A DNA stretch of 64,000 nt from Acidobacteriota bacterium (GTDB taxonomy: Bacteria; Acidobacteriota; UBA6911). Positions 1 through 10,245 of this stretch are shown piece by piece. Numbering within the stretch: the first letter of the stretch is position 1; every line of letters starts with the position of its first letter. A model generated the notes under the pieces. It saw only the letters and a program-made list of their open reading frames with translations, was not told the DNA's origin and made no database searches. A program made the position numbers and the translations under genes. The stretch lies in contig OY761556.1 in NCBI GenBank assembly GCA_963664705.1, positions 928,001 through 992,000 on the forward strand. The letters run 5' to 3'.

Positions 1-1088
1 CAAAGCCTGGCGCAATGGTCGACATTATTGGTTCCGATGACCTGTCGCGCAAATTTCTGCAGAAGGTAATTTTCCTCGTTTGTGCATTTGGCCGAGGTCA
101 ACACGGCAATGGAATCCGGTCCGGATTCCGCCTTTATTTCGGCAAATTTTCTCGATACCAATTCGAGGGCGGTTTCCCAATCTACCGGGACCAGTTCGTC
201 TCTTCCTCCCGAAGGACGCGGACGGCCTTCGAGCAGATATCGTCGAACCTGCGGTCGCATCAAGCGCTCCGGATGGTTTACAAAATCGAAACCGTATCGG
301 CCTTTGACGCAGAGCTGCCGTCCATTTACCGGAAATTCGTCGCGGACGGTTACCCGGATAATCCGCTCATTGCGCACATTCAGATCAAGCTGGCAGCCAA
401 CGCCGCAATAACTGCAGGTCGTTCTTACGACACGATCCGGCTTTCCCATCCCGACGGACATTCGATCGTCGAGCGCATGGGTCGGGCAGAAGGCGACGCA
501 GGTGCCGCAGGATTCGCACCGGGCTTCGAGAAGCGTAGAATCTGATCCTGCAACGATTCGGGCGCGGTGTCCCCGTTCTCCAACTCCCCACACAAAGCGG
601 CCCTGGAGTTCGGCGCACGCGCGAACGCAGCGCGTGCAAAGGATGCATTTGTTCATATCCACCCAGAGAACCGGATTGGGGTCCGCATTGATTGGATATC
701 GAAGTCGCGCCGATTCCCCTGCACGCCGACGAATGCCATATTTGGCCAGCCACCGCTCAAATTCGGTCGTTTTGCGGTCGCCGGCGGAATACCCTGAATC
801 CGCATAGTCTTCCAGCAGCAGCTCCAAAATGGACTTTCGAATTTCAATCAGGCGGGGCGTCTCCGTCTGAACTTCCAGTCCTTCCTGAACCTGCAGCGTA
901 CAGGAGGTGGCAAGATTTCCCCGGGGCTGGACTTCCACCAGGCACAAGCGGCAGGAGCCGACAGGTTTTAGTCCCGTATGGTGGCAGAGTGTCGGAATCT
1001 CGATACCATTGAGGCGAGCCGCCTCGAGGACGGTCATCCCTTCGTTCGCACTGAGAACCTGTCCGTTGACTGTTATCTGAATCGTCAT
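1..1088 (-). CDS. fdhF: Formate dehydrogenase alpha subunit (NuoG-like Fe-S N-terminus + molybdopterin domain), 3' part outside window
   Basis: Not in ORF track; translated by hand from ATG 1088: MTIQITVNGQ...IPTLCHH..GSCRLCLVEV..TSC (2Fe-2S), KCILCTRCVRAC and CESCGTCVAFCP (2x4Fe-4S), TCSYCGVGC...LCVKG (FS0), SAKCTNEENY, ending NNVDHCARL-TG at the window edge. Confidence 0.93.
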   Translation of the reverse strand, partial: MTIQITVNGQVLSANEGMTVLEAARLNGIEIPTLCHHTGLKPVGSCRLCLVEVQPRGNLATSCTLQVQEGLEVQTETPRLIEIRKSILELLLEDYADSGYSAGDRKTTEFERWLAKYGIRRRAGESARLRYPINADPNPVLWVDMNKCILCTRCVRACAELQGRFVWGVGERGHRARIVAGSDSTLLEARCESCGTCVAFCPTHALDDRMSVGMGKPDRVVRTTCSYCGVGCQLDLNVRNERIIRVTVRDEFPVNGRQLCVKGRYGFDFVNHPERLMRPQVRRYLLEGRPRPSGGRDELVPVDWETALELVSRKFAEIKAESGPDSIAVLTSAKCTNEENYLLQKFARQVIGTNNVDHCARL

Positions 1089-1090
1089 CT

Positions 1091-2815
1091 CTACGCGCCT
1101 CGTTTCTTTGGAGCGAAATAATCCGGGAAGTGCTGCAAAGCCGATTGTACCGGCTTATTGACCGACATTCCCAAGCCGCATAACGACGCTTCCTGCATCA
1201 TGGCTGCCAAAGTACGCAAACGCGCGAGATCTGCATTGCCGGCGTCGCCGGATTGCATCCGATCAAGGATCTTGCGGCATTCGTAAGTCCCGATGCGGCA
1301 GGGAGTGCATTTGCCGCAGGATTCAAGCTCAAAGAAGCGTACCAGTTCGCGGACGATTCTGAGCGGCGAAACGGTCTGGTCGCAGATCAGCATCCCTCCA
1401 CTGCCGAGCGAAACTCCCCGGGCTCCGGAATCATAGTCCATCGGAACATCGAGGAGCGAGGGCGGCACGATGGTGCCTGCGGCTCCGCCTGTGAGGGCAA
1501 AGTGAAAGGTGGATCCGGTTCGCATCCCACCGCCAAACGAATCGATGATTTCTCTCAGGCTCAACCCCAGCGGGGCTTCAAAGAGACCTGGACGATTGAC
1601 CTCTCCCAGGAGGGTATATAGCTTGGTGCCCGGGCTATTTGGATTTCCAAGGCTGCAGTACCAGTCGGATCCGCGGGCTAGAATCTTGGGGACAGAAGCT
1701 AAAGTCTCCACATTGCTGATCACGGTCGGCTGACCGCTGTAGCCGCGTTCCACAGGGAAGGGCGGTCGAACCCGCGGCTCCCCCCGGCTGCCTTCCAGCG
1801 ATTCAAGCAGGGCGGATTCCTCTCCGCAGATGTATGCCCCGGCGCCCTGATGAATATGGACATGAAAGGAAAATCCGGTCCCGCCGATGTTAGTGCCCAG
1901 CCATCCCCGATCTTCCGCATTGGCGATGGCACCCAGAACGCGCTCAACCTGCGTGCGATATTCACCCCGGATATAGATGTACCCGGCTTCGGCGCCGACC
2001 GCACGGGCGACAATCGCCATGCCTTCGAGCACGAGCTGCGGGCACAGTTCAAGAATTACGCGATCCTTGAAACTGAGCGGTTCGGATTCGTCCGCGTTGC
2101 ACACGACATATTTCGGTTTGCGCGGCTGATCGGCGACAAATCTCCACTTCCTGCCCGCGGGAAACCCGGCTCCGCCCCGTCCGCGAAGCTTGGATCGATC
2201 CATTTCATCGATGATTGCTTCGGATGACATGCGCAGTGCTTTCTGAAGAGCAGGGAATTCACATCTGGAAAAGGAGGATTCAAGCGCATCCCCGGCTTTG
2301 CTCGGATCGGGAAGAATGGCGCGCACTTCTCCCGGGCGCGGTTTGCGATAATCTGAAACCTCACCGCACCAGCCTATTTCGTAGCGATCCATGTGCTCGA
2401 GACTGATTGGTCCCACCTGGCTGTCACGTACCAGGGCCGCAGGCGCACGATCGCAAAGCCCCAGGCAGCTTGTTCTGGTGATGGTCCAGCTCGCACCGAG
2501 TTGAGCCTGCATCTGAAGGATCAGGTCTCCCGCACCCCGCATCATGCAGTAAGGGCCATCACATATCCTGATTGTCTTTTCCGGAGGAGCCGGTGTTGTC
2601 AGCATGGAATAAAATGTGGCAATCCCGTGAACTTTGGAAGCCGGGAGTCGCAATTCGCGCGCCACCTCATCGATCAGATGAGGCGTCAGACGCCCATGTT
2701 CGGCCTGAAGGGTTCTCAGGATCTTGACTACCTCCGACCGAGAACCGCCGAGGTCCCGAATGAGTTCCACTACCCCAGGATCAGGGGATTTATGAACAAG
2801 CGTTTTGGAATGCAC
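1091..2815 (-). CDS. Fused NuoE/NuoF-like NADH-binding (diaphorase) subunit of formate dehydrogenase
   Basis: N-terminal ATFYSM..ICDGPYC..SCLGLCD (thioredoxin-like 2Fe-2S); GRGGAGFP, NADESEP, YICGEES, ESCGKCTPCR, SLCGLG. GTG start 2815 behind a GGAGG RBS (track start 2845). Confidence 0.92.
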   Translation of the reverse strand: MHSKTLVHKSPDPGVVELIRDLGGSRSEVVKILRTLQAEHGRLTPHLIDEVARELRLPASKVHGIATFYSMLTTPAPPEKTIRICDGPYCMMRGAGDLILQMQAQLGASWTITRTSCLGLCDRAPAALVRDSQVGPISLEHMDRYEIGWCGEVSDYRKPRPGEVRAILPDPSKAGDALESSFSRCEFPALQKALRMSSEAIIDEMDRSKLRGRGGAGFPAGRKWRFVADQPRKPKYVVCNADESEPLSFKDRVILELCPQLVLEGMAIVARAVGAEAGYIYIRGEYRTQVERVLGAIANAEDRGWLGTNIGGTGFSFHVHIHQGAGAYICGEESALLESLEGSRGEPRVRPPFPVERGYSGQPTVISNVETLASVPKILARGSDWYCSLGNPNSPGTKLYTLLGEVNRPGLFEAPLGLSLREIIDSFGGGMRTGSTFHFALTGGAAGTIVPPSLLDVPMDYDSGARGVSLGSGGMLICDQTVSPLRIVRELVRFFELESCGKCTPCRIGTYECRKILDRMQSGDAGNADLARLRTLAAMMQEASLCGLGMSVNKPVQSALQHFPDYFAPKKRGA

Positions 2816-2989
2816 GGATACCTCCCGTTGAAGAGCAAACCGCAAACTTGCAGCACGGATCCAATGGGTGGACAGTCAGGTTTTGGCTTCACTCGAATTC
2901 TGATGATATCCATACTGCCTATCTTAATAGTCTAACAAAGCAGATCGGAATGTCACAAGCAGGAGTGGCGTGAAATATATGAATGGGGA

Positions 2990-3016
2990 GAATAGTTTAT
3001 ATAAGATAAACTATTC
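2990..3016. promoter_or_regulatory. AT-rich 11-bp inverted repeat upstream of fdh operon (operator or terminator)
   Basis: GAATAGTTTAT-ATAAG-ATAAACTATTC. Confidence 0.45.
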
Positions 3017-3120
3017 GCAGTATTAGCTTTGTCGGCGGCTCACCACTCGAAATTTGTTCCAGGCCTCCGCAGTGGCCCCGGCTGCGGGCGTTCAGCGTTT
3101 CCGGGCAATAGGAAATCCGT

Positions 3121-3657
3121 CTATTCCACGAGGAGAGCCCCGTAACGGTTTACCTCATTTCCGTAATCCTGCAGAACCTCGATCGGGTAGCCGAACTTGC
3201 GCGCGGTTCCGAAAACATCAACGCCATAGGATTCAAGCGTGGGTCTTGCCTTCGACGGGTTGCTGCATTGCGCCTTTACGCTTTTGCATTCACTGCATAA
3301 ATTGCAGGGAGCGGGGTTAAAGACGAAGGCCTTATAGAAGCCCGCCAGAAAAACCGCCCGTTCAAAATCAAGCGCTTTGCCGATGAGTTCGCGTCCCCAG
3401 GCATGTCGCAGTTGCGCGTCGCTGAACTGTTTGGAAAAGCGGAAGAATAGTCCCCTGCTATATTCTGAGAACAAGCTGCGGCAGTCGCTGATCGGAGGAT
3501 TTTCCGGGGGGCAACACGCCTTTCGTCCGTACGAGGCACAGCCGAAAACGCATTTCAGTCTGACCCAATGCGCGGTGATGATTTCACTGGGATCAATCCA
3601 TTTGTAATCATGAAACCCGTGAGTTTCTGCGAGTTCTTCAATCCTGGGTATGGACAA
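3121..3657 (-). CDS. DUF2284 family Cys-rich metal-binding protein
   Basis: WVRLKCVFGC.SYG..ACCPP, PCNLCSEC, C..P..ARP.LES.GVDV; TTG start after AAGGAGG. Confidence 0.85.
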   Translation of the reverse strand: MSIPRIEELAETHGFHDYKWIDPSEIITAHWVRLKCVFGCASYGRKACCPPENPPISDCRSLFSEYSRGLFFRFSKQFSDAQLRHAWGRELIGKALDFERAVFLAGFYKAFVFNPAPCNLCSECKSVKAQCSNPSKARPTLESYGVDVFGTARKFGYPIEVLQDYGNEVNRYGALLVE

Positions 3658-3777
3658 TACGCCTCCTTTGCCGACAGAAGCGGCATTGAATCCGATATCG
3701 GTAATCGATTCACGGCCCGTGGGTACGAGCCATCTCAAGTCTGGAACCTATGGTATATCGCCTTTCCTGCAGAATCT

Positions 3778-5778
3778 TCAGAAATCCGGGCTCATCCTAT
3801 TTCGCATTATCCTCGGCCCATAATGCGGAATATCCGCCCCCAGTTCGTATGCGCCGAGATCCGGGGCTTTGCCGGTATATCCATCCGTGATGTTTGGAAG
3901 GACGGTTCCGCCGTCCACCGCCGCGGAGCCTTCGCGCAGCCGAAGATCCACTTCGTCGGTTCTCACAACGCGCGTGGGATGCGTGAAATCGGGAGCCGCC
4001 GCCTTCCGGAAAACGCTGAAATCAAGTTCACGGCTTTGCCTATCCTGACCCGTGGCTTTGGCATATTCTGCCAGAGTTCGATACCGGCGGACTTCCAATG
4101 GAGTGCTATATTCCGCCGGAGTGCCGAATGCCGGTGAACTCCATTGATAGGCAAATTCCGAATCCCTGTTCGGGAGGAACCCGTTGAAGTTGGAGGTGCT
4201 GTAATTCGTATAGGTGTCGATGGCAAATACCAATGGTTTCATCCCCTGCCCGAGAATCAGATTGTTTCTGAAATGCATGTTTGAAGCAGGCGATAATTGG
4301 GCAATCTCTCCGATATACGTATTTTGATATACCAGGACACCCGAGGGACTGTTATGGATTTTTAGCGGGCCATAGGCGCCGTTGTACACAACATTTCGGA
4401 TGAAATACGCCGGTCCCCCGAAAATGGGCTGAGGGCTCATCGCGCCTGTCGCGGCATTAAAGCAGCGGTTACGGAAGATGCGGATGTTATACATCGCTCC
4501 ATCGGCTTCAAAACAGTTGTCGTGCATATTGGTGACATCGTTGTTGTAGATGTCGATCGAGACAGGCATGCGGTCCCGCGGCGTATGCGGATAATTGTCC
4601 GGCATTCCATAAGTCGCATGGTCGAGGCCATCGTGAAAATTGGCGACATAGTTGAAGGCCATCACATGGCCGGAACCATAGACGCTGACCGCATAGTAGG
4701 ACTTGATGCGATGCAATTCCTCAAATTGCGGGTGATCTTTCCATGGCGCAATATTCAGCCAGCCAAACACAATAGTCGGATCGAAACGGCCGATCATTAC
4801 GTTGTCCGCAATATAGAAATTCTTTGTGCCGGAATAGTCGCTGTGAACGGCAACGCCGACGTCTGTGAATCGGCAGTGCTTGACGCTCAGCCCTTTGGAG
4901 CCGGCAATCCCTTTTTGCCCGGCTTCTATAGCCATGTCGGTGCTGCGAAACGTGATCCCTTCAAAATAGAGATAGTCGGCTCCCATGACATTGAACAGGA
5001 CATGATTGCCATCTCCATCCAATATAACCTCCCCATCTCCCGCAGCCTTGATGGCGATCGGCCGGTCGGCTGTTCCGCTCTGGTTGAGGAAGTAGGTTCC
5101 GTTCCATGGCGTGCCGCAGCACAGTTTGGTCGAGGACATGATTTCGTGGCTGTAGTCCGTTCGGTCATCTTTATACACTCCGGCGTGCATCAGAATCGTA
5201 TCGCCTGGACGGACTCTGGCTGGTGATGCGCGGCTCCAGTCCCCCCCTTGAGCCGAAGTGTAATAAGCCGCAAGAAGACCCGTGAACGCAGGTTCCGCCC
5301 TGGTGCCCTGGTATCCATCCGGATAGACATGATAGACGCGCCCGGTCTTGTAGGGCTGCGGCTCCGGACGGGTATGGACTGTGACAAACTTCCGGGAAAT
5401 TCCTCGAACTCCATCCGGGTCCTTCAGCACAAAGCGGCATTCGTAGGTTGTGTCCGGATCCAGATCGAAGATGCTTCCGGCGAACAGATTGGGAGCCGTG
5501 TAATCCAGAATATCCACATATCGGGTGCGCTCGCCATTAATCCGCAAAAGCGGCAATCCATTGTGCCAGGCAGTTTCTCCCTTTTTGCGATAGAAGCTCT
5601 GCACTTCAGCGTTGCGGTTTTCATCCCCCTGGATATACCACTCGAATCCAAGCGAAATCAGCGTTGGAGGTTCCACAACAAATTCCCCTGTCGTCGTGCC
5701 GTTGAGGCTGGTAGCCGGGGCGTTTGTGCAAAAGAGCGTAGCGGGAAGAAGAAACAGAACAAGGCAAATTCGGTTCAT
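3778..5778 (-). CDS. Secreted right-handed beta-helix (pectin-lyase-like fold) protein
   Basis: Signal peptide, FN3-like N-terminus (GSIFDLDPDTTYE), beta-helix repeats, C-terminal GSAAVDGG..PDLGAYE motif. Confidence 0.75.
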   Translation of the reverse strand: MNRICLVLFLLPATLFCTNAPATSLNGTTTGEFVVEPPTLISLGFEWYIQGDENRNAEVQSFYRKKGETAWHNGLPLLRINGERTRYVDILDYTAPNLFAGSIFDLDPDTTYECRFVLKDPDGVRGISRKFVTVHTRPEPQPYKTGRVYHVYPDGYQGTRAEPAFTGLLAAYYTSAQGGDWSRASPARVRPGDTILMHAGVYKDDRTDYSHEIMSSTKLCCGTPWNGTYFLNQSGTADRPIAIKAAGDGEVILDGDGNHVLFNVMGADYLYFEGITFRSTDMAIEAGQKGIAGSKGLSVKHCRFTDVGVAVHSDYSGTKNFYIADNVMIGRFDPTIVFGWLNIAPWKDHPQFEELHRIKSYYAVSVYGSGHVMAFNYVANFHDGLDHATYGMPDNYPHTPRDRMPVSIDIYNNDVTNMHDNCFEADGAMYNIRIFRNRCFNAATGAMSPQPIFGGPAYFIRNVVYNGAYGPLKIHNSPSGVLVYQNTYIGEIAQLSPASNMHFRNNLILGQGMKPLVFAIDTYTNYSTSNFNGFLPNRDSEFAYQWSSPAFGTPAEYSTPLEVRRYRTLAEYAKATGQDRQSRELDFSVFRKAAAPDFTHPTRVVRTDEVDLRLREGSAAVDGGTVLPNITDGYTGKAPDLGAYELGADIPHYGPRIMRNRMSPDF

Positions 5779-6017
5779 TGGCGTTTCCTTTGCAATCCGG
5801 ATAGGGCTCCATCATTTCAGCGCACGGTCTCACTTTCAACATGAAATTATTCCCTCGATGTCTGCCCAACGGGGAATCGTCCCATAAGTGGGAAACCTTT
5901 TTGTCTACATCGAGAGTTACTGTAAGCTAGCAGCCCTGGTGAAAGTACAGAAGGTCCTATGTCTATCACCGCAGCTGTTAAGCTCCTTTGCATGCCACAA
6001 TTCACGGAGGAATACGG

Positions 6018-7628
6018 ATGTCCCAAGCGACACAGACAGAATACGGTTTTACGAGAAAGCAGATAAACCTGGGACTCGTTGCAATCTTTGCAGTGTATGG
6101 AACGATGGCCTATTTCGTTCAGACGCTTAATATCGCGCGGCCGAAAATTGCCGCTGATCTGAATGGCATGGCTCTCTACTCGCTGGCGGTTTCCATACCC
6201 AGCCTTGTCAGCGCCTTTGTCACACTTGTTTTCGGCAAGTTATCCGATATTTACGGGCGCCGTATCATGCTGATGGTCTCAGTCATTTTCTGCACGATTG
6301 GAACGATCCTGGGTGCGATCAGCCCCAATTTTATTTTTCTGATCGTCGCCGGAGTTGTCAGTGCCCTTGGGACCGGATCGATGATGCCGTTGACATTTGC
6401 GGTCGTGGGCGACCTCTTTCCTCCCGAGAAACGGGGAAAGTGGATCGGCATGCTGAACATCCCCACGGGTGTCTTCTCGCTGATCGGCCCGACGCTGGGT
6501 GGCTGGTTTGTAGATAATCTGAGTTGGAGATATCTGTACTGGATTGCACTCCCGCTGCTGGTCGTCTGCCTGTTGACCGTTCCCGTGGGAGTGCCTTCAA
6601 TCATCAATCGCGGGGCGAAACGCAAGATCGATATCCTGGGATGCATTCTTGTCGCCATCGCTTCTTCAACGCTGATTATCGGTTTTTCCTTTGCGGGAGA
6701 TAAATACCCGTGGGGTTCGCCTCAGGTCATCGGATTGCTGGTGGTTTCCCTGCTATTCTGGGTCCTTTTCCTGCGTACGGAAAATCGTGTGGACGAGCCG
6801 ATCCTGGATCCGCTCGTTCTGCGCAACCGGTCGTTTTTGACGGTTGCTCTCGCCACTCTGTTTTCCTTTTTCGGTCAGATGGGAATCATGATGTATTTCC
6901 CCATGTTCCTCCAGGGTGTCCAGAGCATCAGCGCAATGAGGAGTGGACAGATTATCACGCCCTACAGCGTGTTGATGTCTTTCATCGGAGTCCCGGTCGG
7001 ATTTCTCCTGGGACGCACAGGGAAATTCAAATGGATGTACATCCTGGGTTTCGGCATCCTGACTGCGGATATGTTTGCCATACTCCTCTTTACCGAACAG
7101 ACGCCTGTTTTCTGGAGCATTGTTGTCGTCACCATTGCCGGCATCGGCCTGGGTGCAATCCCGACGGTGAATACCATGGTGGTACAGAATTCTGTCCCCA
7201 AAAGGCTGCTGGGCGTTGCGATGGGTGCAATTTTCTTTGCTATTCTAATGGGGGTGGCGATTGCACCGGCTTTGCTGGGCTCTGCCATGAATGCTTCCTA
7301 TGCCAGAAATCTCAAAGGTACATTGCCGCCCGGATTGCACAGCGTTGCTGATAGGGAAACGATTGATTCGCTGGGCAATCCGCGGGTATTGCTGTCGCAA
7401 TCCGCGATGGATGCGCTGAAAGCAAAATTTGATCAGGGCGGAAGTGAAATGCAGGCTCTCTTTCCAGGCACTGTAAGCGCTATTCGCACCGCGATGCATG
7501 CCGGCGTGCGAAGTGTTTTTCTGGTCAGCGCGATTACGATGCTCCTGGCTTTCCTGATTATTTGTACGATTCCTGCAAAAACGACGAGCGAAGAGCCCGA
7601 GGAAACGCAGGAGAAAGTCCAAAACTGA
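6018..7628 (+). CDS. MFS transporter, DHA2/EmrB-like (about 14 TM)
   Basis: GKLSDIYGRR motif A, GPTLGGWF motif C; RBS GGAGG. Confidence 0.9.
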   Translation: MSQATQTEYGFTRKQINLGLVAIFAVYGTMAYFVQTLNIARPKIAADLNGMALYSLAVSIPSLVSAFVTLVFGKLSDIYGRRIMLMVSVIFCTIGTILGAISPNFIFLIVAGVVSALGTGSMMPLTFAVVGDLFPPEKRGKWIGMLNIPTGVFSLIGPTLGGWFVDNLSWRYLYWIALPLLVVCLLTVPVGVPSIINRGAKRKIDILGCILVAIASSTLIIGFSFAGDKYPWGSPQVIGLLVVSLLFWVLFLRTENRVDEPILDPLVLRNRSFLTVALATLFSFFGQMGIMMYFPMFLQGVQSISAMRSGQIITPYSVLMSFIGVPVGFLLGRTGKFKWMYILGFGILTADMFAILLFTEQTPVFWSIVVVTIAGIGLGAIPTVNTMVVQNSVPKRLLGVAMGAIFFAILMGVAIAPALLGSAMNASYARNLKGTLPPGLHSVADRETIDSLGNPRVLLSQSAMDALKAKFDQGGSEMQALFPGTVSAIRTAMHAGVRSVFLVSAITMLLAFLIICTIPAKTTSEEPEETQEKVQN

Positions 7629-7640
7629 TCTTCGATTATT

Positions 7641-7690
7641 GGGATTCGTGGGATTCGTGGCCTCGGTTTTGCCCCGAATCCCATGGATCA
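7641..7690. repeat. Short palindromic/tandem element between convergent genes (REP-like or bidirectional terminator)
   Basis: GGGATTCGT tandem; GGGATTCGTGGC...GCCCCGAATCCC hairpin. Confidence 0.45.
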
Positions 7691-8542
7691 TTTTTGTGGC
7701 TGCTCTTTTCGCTCATTCAGATACAGCGCAGCAAACATCAGCAGGCACCCCGCCAATAATCGGATCCAGTCGGTCCTTTCCCGAAGAATAATCAGGCTGG
7801 CGAGAACTCCCACCGGGATCTTCATGTTGTTCATAATGGCAAGCACGCCGGCATTTACTTTCCTGGATCCCATATTCCACAAAAAAAAGCTGAGTCCCGA
7901 TGCAATGATGCCGAGATAGAGCAGCGCAAGCCATTGGTTCGCTTGTATCCGCAGTTGGGGGTAGTCCGTAGTGGCCAGAGAGGCGATCCCCGTGATCAGT
8001 GCGGCGCCGCAATACAAAAATGCAAAAACATGGCTGTCCTGCAATCCGGGGCGTGCCGCCATCCAGCGCCGATAGGCAATCTGACCGAAGGCAAAAGCCG
8101 CATTGGAGATCTGTACCAGAATAAGACCCCGGAGATTTGCGGCCAGAGCCTGGTTGGGAAACTGCAGGACCGCACCTCCCGCAACCGCAAGCAGCGCCGT
8201 CAGCAGGGTATATCCACGGATTTTCCTTTCATAAAGACCATGGGTGAGCGATACGAAAATGGGCGTGGTGGTCGTCAGCAGCGCAATTACATGTGCCGGC
8301 AGGTCCCGAAAGGCTGCGATATAGGCAATGTACATGATTCCAAATTGGACACTGCCGATGAGCATTAATTGAAATCGGTCGGCAAATCTGATTCCGCCGC
8401 GACGAATCAGAGGCAGAAACAGCACAAAGGACGCCAGCAGTCTGGCAAATGAAACAAAACTGGAATCAAGGGATGTCAGGGATCCTTTGATGATAACGAA
8501 CGAGAATCCCCAGATCAGCGAAACTATAATCAGGTTCAGCAT
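7688..8542 (-). CDS. EamA/DMT family transporter
   Basis: LIWGFSF start, two EamA repeats, about 10 TM. Confidence 0.9.
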   Translation of the reverse strand: MLNLIIVSLIWGFSFVIIKGSLTSLDSSFVSFARLLASFVLFLPLIRRGGIRFADRFQLMLIGSVQFGIMYIAYIAAFRDLPAHVIALLTTTTPIFVSLTHGLYERKIRGYTLLTALLAVAGGAVLQFPNQALAANLRGLILVQISNAAFAFGQIAYRRWMAARPGLQDSHVFAFLYCGAALITGIASLATTDYPQLRIQANQWLALLYLGIIASGLSFFLWNMGSRKVNAGVLAIMNNMKIPVGVLASLIILRERTDWIRLLAGCLLMFAALYLNERKEQPQK

Positions 8543-8546
8543 TCTG

Positions 8547-8639
8547 CCGCCCTTTCAGGGCTTGTTACTGGTCTAATCCAATCCGGGGGTTCGCTTCGCT
8601 TCACCCCCCGGCTACGCTCTGACCGCCCCGCTGGGGCTG
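8547..8639. repeat. REP-like three-hairpin palindromic element
   Basis: GCCCTTTCAGGGCT ... CCGGGGG-TTCGCTTCGCTTCA-CCCCCCGG ... GCCCCGCTGGGGCT. Confidence 0.7.
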
Positions 8640-8756
8640 AGATACATAGCGCTTCCGGCCTTCTCTAGCAAATAATGGGCAGCATTAACCGGGACGGCGG
8701 CATCATCCTTGTCGACACAGTTACGCCCTTGCCGGCGAGACGCTGTCGCTCCCAGC

Positions 8757-8799
8757 AAAAAAATGAGGAGGGGTTCGCATCAACGAACCCCTCCTCATT
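8757..8799 (-). terminator. Rho-independent terminator
   Basis: 16-bp stem AATGAGGAGGGGTTCG/CGAACCCCTCCTCATT, T-run on minus strand, just after the 8834 stop. Confidence 0.85.
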
Positions 8800-8833
8800 G
8801 TGCCCAGGATTTTGGCAGCGGGCAAGATGGAAG

Positions 8834-10105
8834 CTATTTGTAGATGTAGACTTCCAACACGAGATCCTTGTTATACAAAGTGGAGCCGGGAACCGAGGTG
8901 TTATCGGTTGTATCGATGATCCGCACAATCCTGATCTTTGCGTAATTGCCGATATCGGTTCGAACCGCAAACGTGTATCCCGTATAGAGGTTTGATCCGC
9001 TTACGTCCAGGTTTGAGGAGGAGTACGACAGGGCTTTCAGGCCGGGCAGCGTGATGTCATCAAACCCCACATCGTCGCGGCTTCCAATGAATGCCAGGGC
9101 GGCGCCATTGTCGGGTTGCAGATACCGGTTGGTCCGATCGGTACTGCTGTATCGATATTCCAGATCCCACGGGTAAGCTTCAGTCCCGTCATCCTTTCTG
9201 AAATAGTCGACCGCAAAATTGTCCAAGTCCACCGGCATGCGCGGATTCCCATCCGTGGAAGCCTGAATGACGACCATGTAGGTATTTCTGCGCAGCGCTT
9301 CTCTGTCCACGGCCACCAGCGTCGAAAACTGCGCATTCCCATCTCCGGTGCGTGTCTGCAATAATCCGAGCAGGCCAATCGGCCCATCGCAGATAATCTC
9401 AGCCATTCCCTTGAAAGACTTCAGGCCGGGGAAAAGATCTGTATTATCCAGGAAACCGGACCATTCCTGCTTGCCGGCCCCCAGGGTAATTGTTTTGGTG
9501 GAGCCATACTTGACGCCGTTTTCGGAATAGAGCGTGATGCTGACATTATTCGTCGATGGAGTTGCGGCAGGCGATGATTTCAGCCAGTTGACAAAGGCCA
9601 GCCCGGAGTAGATCCCGTGGGCGTCGTCCATCTGCACTGGGATGTCGGCCACCGCGGTGGGTGTCGGGACGGTAACGGTAACCGTATCTGCCGGGCCTGA
9701 ACTGGTGGAGGCTACATAAAAAACCGAAATGCCAAGTACGAAATCCTCCGAATACCTGGAATTCAAAGTTTCTTCATCGTAAACGACGGCGTATCCTGTT
9801 GTCACCTGGCTGCTGGCGCCCAGAGTCTCCACCCGGAGTGTCTGCCTGGCGCCGATGCTCAGCATGAAATCCGACCCGGTACCCTGGCTGGTTTGTAAGG
9901 TCCATTTCGTTCCGTCATTCTTATAAAAGCTCAGACGCATTTTGGTGATGTCCTGAGCGGAACTAATGTTCGTAAGGTCAAATTTGGTGACCCACCCGGG
10001 ACCGTCGGCAACCTGCGGTATGATTTTGTCTCCGCGGGAAAAGCCTGTCTGAACAGCGCCGGCAAGCAATGCAACGAATAGGGCGAACTTTACGAAGCTT
10101 TTCAC
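8834..10105 (-). CDS. Exported hypothetical protein
   Basis: GTG after GGAGG; signal peptide; IPQVADGPGWVT motif; beta-rich. Confidence 0.75.
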   Translation of the reverse strand: MKSFVKFALFVALLAGAVQTGFSRGDKIIPQVADGPGWVTKFDLTNISSAQDITKMRLSFYKNDGTKWTLQTSQGTGSDFMLSIGARQTLRVETLGASSQVTTGYAVVYDEETLNSRYSEDFVLGISVFYVASTSSGPADTVTVTVPTPTAVADIPVQMDDAHGIYSGLAFVNWLKSSPAATPSTNNVSITLYSENGVKYGSTKTITLGAGKQEWSGFLDNTDLFPGLKSFKGMAEIICDGPIGLLGLLQTRTGDGNAQFSTLVAVDREALRRNTYMVVIQASTDGNPRMPVDLDNFAVDYFRKDDGTEAYPWDLEYRYSSTDRTNRYLQPDNGAALAFIGSRDDVGFDDITLPGLKALSYSSSNLDVSGSNLYTGYTFAVRTDIGNYAKIRIVRIIDTTDNTSVPGSTLYNKDLVLEVYIYK

Positions 10106-10245
10106 GTTAACCTCCGTGACGACTCTTAAAACACCTGCGCAGTTTTCACATAAGGGCATGTCTTTCTCTCACGATAGACACACCTGCACTCGACAAAACA
10201 AAATCAGGTTAGCGGATGATCTGAGACCGGACTGCCGTAGAGCCG

